Source: the human T2T-CHM13v2.0 reference genome, Homo sapiens
DNA: 64,000 nucleotides
Direction: 5' to 3' (one strand)
Assembly: GCF_009914755.1 (NCBI RefSeq)
Contig: NC_060931.1
The notes below the pieces were generated by a model. That model was not told where the DNA came from. It did not search any database and was given only the letters and a program-made list of their open reading frames with translations. The translations under genes were made by a program, and so were the position numbers. Below, piece after piece: positions 1-25,143 of the stretch. Each line of letters starts with the position of its first letter. The stretch's first letter is position 1.

Positions 1-230
1 TAGGGTTCAGGACCGGAAGGAAACTGGGTGTTGCCGGGGACCCTCATGCCTTGGGTAACTGGTTAGAGGATCAAATGAACTCTTGGAGAAGTAGGGGGCT
101 ATTCTTGCCTCAGGCTATTTTAAAGTGTTCTTACTAGACAAGGGCCAGGTGTCATTTCAGAACCACCTCCCACTAGAATAGTACACAGCTGCCCATGTCC
201 CTACTAGTACCTTCAAGAGAACCTAGGATA

Positions 231-546
231 AGCTGGGAGCAGTGGTTCATGCCTGTAATCCCAGCCCTTTGGGAAGCCAAGGTGGGAGCATGGCTTGAGG
301 CCAGGAGTTTGGGACTAGCCTGGGCCACATAGCAAGACCCTATTTCTACCAAAATAAAAATAAAAAATAAAAATTAGCCAGGTGTCGTGGTGTGCACCTA
401 TAGTCCCAGCTACTCAGGAGGCTGAGGTGGGAGGATGGCTTGACCCTGGGAGTTCAAGGCTGCTGTGAGCCATGATCACACCACTGCACTCCAGCCTGGG
501 CAAGAAAGCAAGACCCCCATCTCTAGAAATAATAAAAATAATAAAT
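231..546 (+). mobile_element. AluJ-type SINE
   Basis: Dimeric Alu with CCTGTAATCCCAGC, AluJ-type GGAGTTCAAGGCTGC right arm and A-rich tail. Confidence 0.9.
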
Positions 547-581
547 AGAAGAGGAAATGACAAAATAATAATAATAAAAAA

Positions 582-856
582 TAGAAGAGGAGAAGGCCCA
601 GAGAAGGAGGGCCATGTAATGATGGAGACAGATCAGAGTGACATAGCTACAAGCCAGGCAATGCCAGGGGTTTTCTGCAACACTAGAAGCTGGAAGAGGC
701 AGGAAGGATTCTCCCCCAGGCCCCTCGGGGGACACATGTCCTGCTGACACCTGATGTCAGACATCTGGTCTCCAGAGCTGTGATAGAATAAACTTCTGTT
801 GTTTCACCCACCCAGTCTTCAGTAACTCGATACAGGAGCCCCAGGAGGCTAATACC
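582..856 (+). mobile_element. MLT1 (MaLR) LTR 3' part
   Basis: AGAAGCTGGAAGAGGCAGGAAGGATTCTCCC ... CTCCAGAGCTGTGATAGAATAAACTTCTGTTG resembles the recalled MLT1B/C/D consensus. Confidence 0.8.
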
Positions 857-1186
857 AGGTTCTCTTCCACGTCACCCCCAGCACCTTTAAGCAACCCTGT
901 GTCCCTCATTAAACACCATTTATAACCAACCACATCACCGTGGACTAGTAGTCATAACATGACATTCTGTAGATGTTTAATTAAACTTGTTATTGATTAT
1001 GATTATGCAATTTCCTTCCCACATTTCACAGCCAATAATTGCTTTTTCCAGGTCTCAAAACTTTTCTTCAGCCTTAAAGAAGCCACAGCCTCCGTGCCCA
1101 CAAGGCATCAGTAGAACAAACATCTCTCACTTTGCTGTCTCCTCTCTCAGCAAGAAGACACACCTGAGGACAAGGAAAGTCATGCC

Positions 1187-1552
1187 GGGTCAGGCATGGT
1201 GGCTCACGCCTGTAATCCCAGCCCTGTAGGAGGTTGAGGCAGGAGAACTGCTTGAGGCCAGAAATTTGAGACCAGCCTGGGCAATATAGCAAAACCCCAT
1301 CTCTACAAAAAAACAAAAAATTAGCCAGCATTGGGGGGTGCATGCATGTGGTCTCAGCTACTTGGGAGGCTGAGGCAGAAGGATCCCTTGAGCCCAGGAG
1401 GTTGAGGCTAGTGAGCTATGATGGTGCCACTGCACTCCAGTGTGGGTGACAGAGCAAGACCCTGTCAAAAAAAAAAGAAAGAAAAGAAAAGCAAGAAGGA
1501 AAGAAAGGAAGGGAGGGAGGAAGGGAAGAAGGAAGGGAGGGAGGGAAAGAAA
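1187..1552 (+). mobile_element. AluJ with tail expanded into (GAAA/GGAA/GGGA)n
   Basis: Alu body ~1187-1466 followed by a purine-rich simple repeat. Confidence 0.9.
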
Positions 1553-1891
1553 GCCCTGAGCTGTCTCCTTGAGCAGAAAAGCCAGCCCACCCCAGTGGGC
1601 TCTTCCTGCACTACTACAGACAGGCAGGTGCCAGGCCAGGTGTGGCAATGTCACTTTTGTTCAGGAGTGGAGGGAGCAAGTGTCCACTCTCTCCCCACTC
1701 CCTGGGGACTGGGCTGTGGTCAAGTGATCCAGGCTCAGCCAATCAGACTCCTACAGAGAGAGACAGATGTTTGATGAAGGGGGAAGAGGGTGGAGGTCAG
1801 CAGAGGCCCTCCCTGGCACACCTGGGCTCCTCCCAGCCTCTGTAGTATTTTAGAGATTAGGACATTAGGAGAAAAAAGGTCCAATGCCTGA

Positions 1892-2680
<789 letters not shown>

Positions 2681-2964
2681 TAAAGAGATGACAGCTTTGA
2701 AATCAGACACACAGGGTCCAAGTCATGCTCCTGTTATCCTGAGCAAGCCACAACCCTCCCTGAGCCCCAGCTTCCTCATGTGACCAATGGGAGCACTTCC
2801 ATCCACCACGGTGCTCGAGGAAACAGGTCTTAAACTCCAGTCATACAGTGGCTTGTTTTACCATCCACTGGGTGGCCAGGCTGTGCCGCAGGACAGAATC
2901 ACATAGGAATGCAGACAAGGTTAAAAGGCAGATAAGTGTCCTCCAGGGAAGAGAAGAGAACAGT

Positions 2965-4120
<1,156 letters not shown>

Positions 4121-4429
4121 TGAATAAGCAGTCCCTGGAGTTTCCATGCCTTCTCTCTTCTTCCTAACCACTGTGGCCATAACTCTACTGAACACTATTT
4201 CCCAACCTTGTGTCCTGGACACACTCCATCAACCCACGCCTCAGGAGGGGCGTCCTGAGAGAGCAGAAGCTGAGATTGAGACCTTTGCCCCACCTGGAAG
4301 GTGAGTCACCCTCAGGGTGGGCCATCCTGGGTTTGCCTTACCCAGTTTCACTGCTCTCCTTTTCCTCATCCACCAATCCATTTTCTGTTTCCTGATCAGC
4401 TTTTATCTCCTTTCATCCTTCACCCTTGA

Positions 4430-4729
<300 letters not shown>

Positions 4730-4981
4730 TGACAGCCAAGAGAAAGTGCATTTCACTGCTGACTTGGCGACATCCTTGGTGGCCTGTGAACTCTCCCAGA
4801 GGGGACACATGATCCAGCTCCCACCCATCTGGGGACACTTAACCTGCTAGTTCCTCAGTGTATCCACCTGTAAAATGAAGCAACCACATCTCAGCCCCAC
4901 ACTGTGGTTGTGGAAGATCGTGGTGCCTGCATGGCATATGCCACATTATTTTCTCGTTGCTCTTAAAAATGGGTGCAAGTG

Positions 4982-5724
<743 letters not shown>

Positions 5725-6276
5725 TAACTCAGAGGTAATTGCTTAAGTCACATTGATGAAAATCAATATGGAGTGAATTAAACGTAAAGCTAAATGTATC
5801 CCGAACGTGTCCCTCGCCGCCTTTGCATAATGCTATGACAAAGCAATGGTTTTATCTTCCAAGCTTAGCGTTTTTGTTGCTGGACATCTCAAAAGGAAAT
5901 GTAATTAGAGGACTCATTTATCAAAAATATTAAGGAAATGGAGGAATGGGAATTGGTTTGCAACGGTTCTGGAAATTACATCAACGTGACCCTCAGGTCT
6001 GCATTTTTCACGCTGTGTCCAGCGAGTTTCTTGAAATAGGCAATTTTTCCTCCTCCCTCCCGACTCTACAAATCAATAGACATGAGCAAGGTTGATTGGG
6101 AGGTGGCGAAGGAGCAGGCGCCTAAGAGAAGGGCCCTGTCTCCCATCCCAGGGTGGAAGTCTCCTCACCGCGACGCCAGGCTGGCTGGCAGGAGAAAGAC
6201 TTATTTTTCTGCAACTACATTGCCAAGAATACAGCATCCGGTCCCCCAGATCTGAATGAAAGAGCCTGGTTTCCGG

Positions 6277-6280
<4 letters not shown>

Positions 6281-6318
<38 letters not shown>
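6281..6318. repeat. (GT)19 microsatellite
   Basis: Perfect GT run. Confidence 0.97.
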
Positions 6319-6321
<3 letters not shown>

Positions 6322-7527
6322 CATTTCATAATTCAGAATGTGTTTGGTTTTCATTTGCAACCCAGCCTGCCGGCCCATCTTCCCCCCGACTCTGCTTCCC
6401 CAAAGCTTGTCCCTAACCAAGATGAATACATCAAGTCTTCTCGGCTCTAGCTGCCTCGCCAGGAAGGAATGTGGGTGTGTTGGGAGTGAGACCAGAAGAT
6501 TCTCCTGGGTGGGGGTTCTCAAGACTCCCCCCTGGGGGTCGAAATAGACGCGGGCCACACCCAGGGGGCTTTTACAAAGTGCACAGTCCCAGTCCCCCAC
6601 TTAGAGGGTGAGGCCCGGGCAGGTTTTGCAGAAACTCCCTGTGTGGTTCTGGTGCACACCTTGCTTAAGAACCTTCTCAAGTCTAGCGCCTTCACTTCCC
6701 AAGAGGCAGCAGGAGACCCAGGAGAGAAGGAAGATCTCTGGGAGCAGATGGTAATCAGCGCCAACTCCAACATTAACACCTGTGGCAGGGCTGTGGCCGG
6801 CCCAGGGAGATCCAGTGTTCTGATTGGCCAGGCCTGGATCACTCATGGATGGCCAATCACTCATCCATGTTCTGATTGGCCAGGGGGTGGGGTTAACCAG
6901 CCAAGTCCGAAGGGACCCCGAGTGGAGGGCGGTTCCCTGGGGAAATCAGGCTCAAAGGGCCCTGGGAGCCCCACCCTCTAGAAGCTGAGCCCAGGAACCC
7001 CAAAGTGCTCCAGGCATCCATTCCACAGAGTCATGACTCGGACAGGGGTGAGCCTGAGCCCCTGGAAGATTCTAGAACCTTCCAGAACCTCATCCATCTT
7101 ATCTCCCAGGTCAGCAGAAAAACTATGAATGTGCACAAGGTCTAGGGTGAGGGGAAGTCTGTTAACACTGCTGAGTGTTAACAGAAAAAAAAAATCCTGT
7201 AAAATATTTAAAGAGGTTTATTCTGAGCATATTTGAGTGACCATAACCCAGGGAACAGCCTTAAGCGGTCCTGAGAAAGTGTGCCCAAGGAGGTCTGGTT
7301 ACAGCTTGGTTTTATACATTTTAGGGAAACAGGAATTGCAGGTAAAATCATAAATCAATGCATGGAAGGTTTACACTGGTTCAGCAGGAAGAGGCTGGAC
7401 ATCTCCAAGCAGGGGGATTACAAGTCATAGGCGAGTTTTAGGGATATTCTAGTTGGTAATTGACTGGAAGAGTTAAGCTTTTTCTAAAGACTTGAAGTCG
7501 TAGAAAGGAATGCTGAAGTTCCTGTTA

Positions 7528-8217
<690 letters not shown>

Positions 8218-8258
8218 TTATGGTTTATAGGGAGTGATTTAACCCTTGCCTAGCATAG

Positions 8259-8915
<657 letters not shown>

Positions 8916-10168
8916 AGGTCCTGTTTATAATTTGGTATCTTATTGCCACACAGAGTCTGTTCTGTCCATCTTAGGATCTCTATTTTAACCTTAATGCTGG
9001 TCATTTGTGTCTAAAATGAAAAAAGTGCTGTGTGGGGGTGGGTGTGTGGCATAACAAGGCGAGCTCAACCTCCCTGTCTGCCATGGCCAAGAACCCAGTG
9101 TTTTGGGTTTCTCTGGAATCCCCCTTGGTTGGCCAAGCAGAGGGTCCGCTCTGTCAGTGGGTGGAGGGGCTTGGGATTTTATTTTTCATTTAGAAGAGGA
9201 AACAAAGGCAGATGTACAGGCTCAGTTTTGAAAAGGAATAGAAAGTAAAAAAGGCTGAGTCTTCTGGGCTGGGAGAGGAAGGAGTGGGCAGGGTGGGGAG
9301 GAACCCAAGAAGCATCTGGAGGCAAGAATTCCCAGACTGGATCGGTTATACATGAACTGAGAGGACGCCGGGGAGGATTAATTCATTCATTCATAGGAAC
9401 AGAAGCCAGGCCAGCCAGGTTCATCTTGACACATGGGTCTACACCTGCGGCCCCTTGGTCTCTCCAAATCCACAAATGCTGGACATTCGTGTCCCTTTGA
9501 TGCCTTTTTGCAGCCGGACTTCAGTATTTCCCAGTTCAGGACAAGCGAGCATTTGGATCTTTGGAATGGCAGAATTCTGAAGCTAATGAGGCCATTACTC
9601 TTCAAAGGTTTAATTTGTTTTGATGGGCCAATCTATAATCATATTTCCAAACAGCTTCTATTTAATTACTGCACAAAACAAATGAGGTGCCTGAGCAGTT
9701 TGCATCTGATCAACTCTCTGCCATGGTCTGAATGTCTTTGTCCCCCCAAAAATTTAGTTGTTGAAACTGAGACCCCAAGGCAATGGTATTAGGATGTGAG
9801 GGCTTTGGAGGTGATTAGGTCATGAGGGCGGAGTCCTCCTGTCTCCATTTCAACATTCACCTTGTTCAATGTGAACAATGCCCAGAGCTGCCTAATAATT
9901 TTTGGATGGATTTAATGTACACTATTCAGATTTTTTTTTCTCTTGCTTGCAATCAAATACGCCTGACTTACACCAGAACCACAGTCTTGCCCCTTGTAAT
10001 ACAGGTCTCCAGGCAGGGAGGGGGCTAAGTCCATGACTCACTGGGGTTGTTCAGTGTGAAATTGTCCAACCCTCTTTTCCTGACCATGCCCCTTGCTCTG
10101 CTCATCTAGATCATATGTTTGCTGCAGGGATACTGCAATAAACAAGGTGGCAGAAAAAGAAATGGTTA

Positions 10169-11379
<1,211 letters not shown>

Positions 11380-12329
11380 AAGATGGAGCCCCCAGGGGAT
11401 TGGTTTGTGCCTGGGGTGGAGAGTGGAGGGCAAAGGGTGGAGAGAAATTGAGATGGAGCAGGATCATCAGGGGTCTTGCCGCCCATGGAAGAAGGTCTGG
11501 ATCTTGGAGCCCAGATCAAAGAGCGAGGGGAGGCATGGGAGATTCTCACACAGGAACACAAGATGATGAGATCTGTGACTTTGCCAAGATTCTTCTGCCT
11601 GCTCTCCATGAGAACGGGGTTTTGGGGTGAGAGAGAGGGCAGAGAGGTCCGTCTAGGGGCGACTGCAAGAGACACCCCACACACAGGGACGCTGCAGGGA
11701 GGCCCGTGGTGACAGTGGAGGTGTTTCAAGTGCGATTCTGAGTCTTTTGTGGGAGAGTGGACCAGTGCCAGACTCACTCTGAGCCCTCAAAGAGAGCCAC
11801 AGCCCATCTCCTCTGATAGACGCACCCTGCTCCCTGCACACGGATGCTCTTCTCAGCGTGTGCACTGTTGCAGGCAGTTCTAGGGATTTTGCAAACTTCT
11901 GAGATCGATTGTGCACCCCAGAGTCTGAACCCCTAAATTAGAGCTCCAGGTGACCACATCCTTCCATTCTTTGTAGATCAGTGCCATGCTTCCCTTTCCT
12001 ATACCTCCCCCACCGTGGGGGCCAGTGGAACCGAATCCTCCCCTTCTCCTCTCTGACTCAGCAGAGTAGACACTGACGCAGCTTTTCTATCCAGCTCCAA
12101 CTCTGAGTCTCGTCAATGAAGTCTCAAGGCTGTGGAAGGTTCCTTAAAGGACCAGCCCTTTCCTGAGGACACAGTCGTCCTCAATTCCTGGCCCTCCAGA
12201 GCCCCTTGCCTCCTCCCCAACTTCCAGCCTAGGCCTTCCAATCACCTGGCCTTGCTGGGGATGGGGGGAAGGGATAACCCTCCAAGAAACCCACTCAAGC
12301 TAATTCCCAGGTCAGTTTTGATCAAATTA

Positions 12330-13783
<1,454 letters not shown>

Positions 13784-13963
13784 AACGATTACTAATAGAG
13801 TTTTAAGTTCTCTGGAAAGGAGACACAAATACCTGGGGCTCCTGGGGAGGTGGAGATTGTGGGGATAAGGACTCAGGTTAAGAATGCTGGATCCTGGTCA
13901 GAGACGATTACTGGAGGTCCCAAAACTAAGGTGAGCTACAAATTATACCAATAGAAACCTTCT

Positions 13964-14617
13964 GGCCAGGCACAGTGGCTCATGCCTGTAATCCCAGCAC
14001 CCTGGGAGGCCGAGACAGAAGGATCCCTTGAGGTTAGGAGTCCAAGACCAGCCTGGCCAAAATGAAACCCCGTCTTTACTAAAAACATGAAAATTAGCCA
14101 GACCTAGTGGCACATGCCTGTAATCCCAGCTACTTGGGAAGCTGAGGCAGAAGAATCACTTGAACCCAGGAGGCGGAGGTTGCAGTAAGCCAAGATCGCA
14201 TCACCGTACTCTAGCCTGGGCGAGAGAGCAAGACTCCATTTCAAAAAAAAAAAAAACAAAAAAAAAAAAACACCTTCTTACGGCCGTAAAGCATTTGGAA
14301 TATTTACTATTTACAACAAGTGAAATAAGATGGGAGAAAAACATTCTTGCACAAGCAGGCCAGGCACAGTGGCTCATGCCTGTAATATCAGCTCTTTGGG
14401 GGGCCTCGGTGGGAGGATTGCTTGAGAGCCTGGGCAACATAGTGAGATCCCCGTCTCTACAAAAAAATGTTAAAATTAGTCAGGCATGGTAGCATGCACC
14501 TGTAGTCCCAGCTACTCAGGAGGCTGATGTGGAAGGATTGCTTGAGTCGAGTTCGAGGCTGCAGTGAGCTGTGATCCACTGCCCTCCAGCCTGGGGGACA
14601 GAGACCCTGTCTCAAAA
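13964..14617 (+). mobile_element. Two Alus (AluS 13964-14270; AluJ 14358-14617)
   Basis: Alu bodies; second has TSD TTGCACAAGCA. Confidence 0.9.
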
Positions 14618-15084
14618 TATTGCACAAGCAGCCAGAAGTCTGGCATTCCTCAGCAGACAGCCTGGTCCAGACTATTTGTGCCATAATAATATCACTGCCT
14701 GCGGTGCAAACCCACACACTGGCTGTGACATGGTTATTCTGGCACTGGCCTCTAGCTTTTGAGCCAGGCCACTGACCACAAAGAAGAGTCCAGCCCTCTC
14801 CAGGGACTCTCTGGCTTGGTGCTGTCCTGCCCTGAGCAAGGCTGTTGGCTCAGACCCTGGCTGGCTGTGCTGCTATCATTCTTGTTGTCTAGGGCTGATG
14901 AATTGGGAGGAAAGGCACTGATCCAGCCCAAATGGTCCCAAGGACACAGCCAGCGCTTCCAGGAAGAGCTGCAGAAGAAACGGTGCTTTAGACACAGTTG
15001 AGGGTGGAGAGAGACCCCCAGCAACCCAGCAGCAGCCTCTCCAGCCTCAAACAATCTCGGGCAAGCCTGTCGTGAGAATTAAAA

Positions 15085-16297
<1,213 letters not shown>

Positions 16298-16310
16298 AGA
16301 TGAGATGCAA

Positions 16311-16874
<564 letters not shown>

Positions 16875-17395
16875 TCACAATCTCCCTCAAGCCTCCAATG
16901 ATGGGCAAAGTGAGCCTTGGGCAGGAATCCCGGGGCTGCTGTGCCCACAGCTCCAGCCAACATCCGGTGCCAGCCCAGGAGTGCCTGGAGAGCCTGCAGC
17001 CCACGTCAGGGGTCCTGGTGTTGCTGCCTCCACACTGCCCCATGCAGACATCATTTGGCTGGGAAGGAACAGAGCTCAGGCAGGGATGTGTTTAGAATTC
17101 CTTCCTACAGCTGATTCCATTGGACTTGGGGCAGGGGAGTGATTTCTGCCCCCTGACATTTTTCTTTTGCTGACCTGAGCCTCTTGGTGAGAATTCCTCC
17201 TGGAACATCCTCAGAGGCCCTGGGGTCCATCTACCTGGGAAAGACACAGCCCTGAAAACAGGAGGCAGGTCCTCCAGAGACCGGCGAGGACCCAGGAACA
17301 GGAGCTCCTGACAGCCTGAGAGAGGGATCAGAAGAGAGAGGTGTCAGATTCATTGCAAGGCAAGAAGTGATTGAAAAGCATCTTCTGGGATTTAA

Positions 17396-18508
<1,113 letters not shown>

Positions 18509-18620
18509 CCCAAATGGCCTTTTCCATGCCGGTTGTGTCTAAGGCCTTCTCTGCTTTTGCTAACTCTACTCCCTACCTCATGCAAACTGCTCTTGATGTC
18601 TTCCCTGAAATTTTGACATG

Positions 18621-18921
18621 TTGTATCAATTGGAAGATTGGAATGTTGTATCAATTGGAAGATTGTTGTATCAATTGGAAGATTGTTGTATCAGTTGGAA
18701 GACTGGAATGTTGTATCAGTTGGAAGATGGTTGTATCAATTGGATTGTTGTATCAATTGGAAGATTGTTGTGTCAATTGGAAGATTGGAATGTTGTATCA
18801 GTTGGAAGATGGTTGTATCAATTGGATTGTTGTCTCAATTGGAAGATTGTTGTATCAATTGGAAGATTAGAATGTTGTATCGATTGGAAGATTGATACAT
18901 GTTGTATCAATTGGAAGATTT
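18621..18921. repeat. Minisatellite, 14 units of TTGTATCAATTGGAAGATTG (17/20/25/27-bp variants)
   Basis: Parsed unit by unit from the sequence. Confidence 0.95.
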
Positions 18922-19688
18922 TCTCCAAAACCGTGAGCAAGTTGCTGATAATTTCCTGCAGCAGAAATGCCACCAGGGCTTTTTCTTTCTCCTTTTCCAT
19001 TTAAAAACTGGATTACAGTAGACATTTTCCCCCTGGGGACCTATGTGTAGGAGAGCAGTTATTTCAAGTCCAGAGAGTTTTAGCTGATGCATTTACAAAG
19101 ATGTGGCCTGTGCATTGTGAAATGCAGTACAATCACCAGCATTTGTTCACTATGCACCAAACTGGGCTCTTGCCCCTGCTAGTCCACACTTTTGAACATG
19201 GGAAACTTTTTTCCTGTCTGGTGGATCCTGATAACTGCAAAACCAGCATTTGCGATCAAGCTCCAGGACCTGAATTGTGCAGAACAGAGTAAAAGCAACC
19301 CCCTCCAGCTCCCTCCCTCCTCAAATCACAAAATTTCTCCAGAGGAGCCCTGAAGTCATCTTGCCTTCCATCAAAACCCCTTTTTTCTTTCTCTTGAAAA
19401 TTTGACGAGATCCAAGTGGCGGCTTTCATCAGCGATTCCTGAAGAAAGAGAGAGGGGCAATAGTCCTCACCCACTGCCACAACCCCCATGCCACGCCGGT
19501 AGTGCCTTCAGGAGGAAATGTTAGACTTTTCCCTGCATGCACCTCGCTCCTCTGAAGATTCATAGACAGCAGTGCACACAAGAAATGAACAAAGTTCCTC
19601 GAAAACTTAAAAACAGATCCAGCAGTTGCACTTCTGGCCTTGTACCCCAAGGAAGCGAAATCAGGGGCCCAAGGAGACATTTGAATAA

Positions 19689-19811
<123 letters not shown>

Positions 19812-19969
19812 TGAGGATCTGGTACTACAGGCATGCACCACCATGCCCTGCTAATCCATAACCAATTTTATAGCAGCATTATTTACAATAGCCAAAGGGT
19901 AGAAGCAACCCAGGTGTCCATCAACAGATAAATTGATAAACACAGTGTGATACGTTCGTGCCATGAAAT

Positions 19970-20404
19970 TTTTTTTTGTTATACTTTAAGTTCTGGGATA
20001 TATGTGCAGAACGTGCAGGTTTGTTATATAGTTATACACATGCCATGGTGGTTTGCTGCACCCATCAACCCGTCATCTACATTAGATATTTTTCCTAATG
20101 CTATCCTTCCTCTATCCTCCTACCACCCTACAGGCCCTGGTGTGTGATGTTCCCTTCCCTGTGTCCATGGGTTCTCACTGTTAAACTCCCACTTATGAGT
20201 GAGAACACATGGTGTCTGGTCTTCTGTTCTTGTGTTAGTTTGCTAAGAATGATGGTTTCCAGCTTCATCGATGTCCCTGCAAAGGACATGAACTCATCCT
20301 TTTTTATGGCTGCATAGTGTTCCATGGTGTATATATGCCACATTTTCTTTATCCAGTCTATCAGTGATGGGAATTTGGGTTGATTCCAAGTCTTCGCTAT
20401 TGTG
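19970..20404 (-). mobile_element. L1PA (L1PA7-like) 3' fragment of the U6-L1 chimera
   Basis: Poly-T, then TTATACTTTAAGTTCTGGGAT...; minus-strand translation TIAKTWNQPK...DWIKKMWHIYTME matches the L1 ORF2p C-terminus. Confidence 0.92.
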
Positions 20405-20514
20405 AAAAAAAATATGGAATGCTTCACGAATTTGCATGTCATCCTTACGCAGGGGCCATGCTAATCTTCTCTGTATCTTTCCAATTTTAGTATATGTGCT
20501 GCCAAAGCAAGCAC
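20405..20514 (-). pseudogene. Full-length U6 snRNA retropseudogene (RNU6-P type)
   Basis: Minus strand reads GTGCTTGCTTTGGCAGCACATATACTAAAATTGGAAAGATACAGAGAAGATTAGCATGGCCCCTGCGTAAGGATGACATGCAAATTCGTGAAGCATTCCATATTTT; 6 differences from U6, mostly at CpGs. Confidence 0.97.
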
Positions 20515-20736
20515 CATGCCATGGAATATTATTCAGCCATAAAAAAGATGGAAATTCTATCACATGGCACAACATAATAAAACATGGGAACAGTATGCTC
20601 AGTGAAATAAACCAGTCATAAAAAGACAGATATTGAATGATTCCACTTAAATGGGGCACCTAGAGCAAGCTAATTCATAGAGACAGAAACTAGAATGGGG
20701 GTTACCAGAGGCTGGAGGAGGGAAATGGGGAGTTAG

Positions 20737-21627
<891 letters not shown>

Positions 21628-22081
21628 TAAATTTCATAGTGTTTATTCTACCACAACAAAAATGAATAAGTAGGGCTTTTTCAAGTGCTAGGGTTGCGGC
21701 GGGTCTTCAGGAAGGAGGTGGAGGTGGGCGCGTGGCAGATGGCTAGGATGGTCCCCAGAAGTGGCCAGGCCTCAGTCCAGAGCAAACGCGCTTCCCGAGC
21801 TCTCCTACTGGTTGGATCCCTGGCTCTTCATCCTTTTTGGCGTGATGGTGTTTTTGTTTGTGTGTCTTTTGCCATGACTAGTTTATGGATGCCCAAATTA
21901 AAAAGTCAGCTTCTAGAGTGAATTCTGAAAATGACTGCAGACTTCTTCAATAAAGAGCACAGCCAGGACTGTGCCACAGAAGAATTTCAAATCTCTAAGG
22001 GACGTGCCTTTCATTTTACACTTCCTGTTACTCATTTGGAGAACTCCATTATGTGAGTAAGAACTCACTTGTTCCTAGCTA

Positions 22082-24882
<2,801 letters not shown>

Positions 24883-25143
24883 TTAGCTTTGTGGAGTCTG
24901 CAAAAGTACATTTCCACATTTACTCAGCTCTGATTCCTGGTTTCCCCTGGAGGAGTGTTTGTTGGGAAGGCGCAGGGCAGTGTTTTTTGCATCTCTTGTT
25001 TGTGTGTAACAATAACGACCTGCATGTATTGAGCACCCCTTCTGTTGCCGGTCCCATACTAAGCATGCTCTTTGCACAATTGGATTCTGGCCTCCAGCAT
25101 CTCCATGAGCCTAGGTTGTTATCTCCTGCAGTGGGTTGGATAG

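Noticed and set aside
20128-20442. 104-aa ORF with real protein similarity
   Set aside because: C-terminal remnant of L1 ORF2p in a truncated L1, preceded by translated U6.
20405-20514. Functional U6 gene
   Set aside because: Upstream flank is L1M rather than a PSE/TATA Pol III promoter; CpG-decay substitutions; fused to L1 within a TSD.
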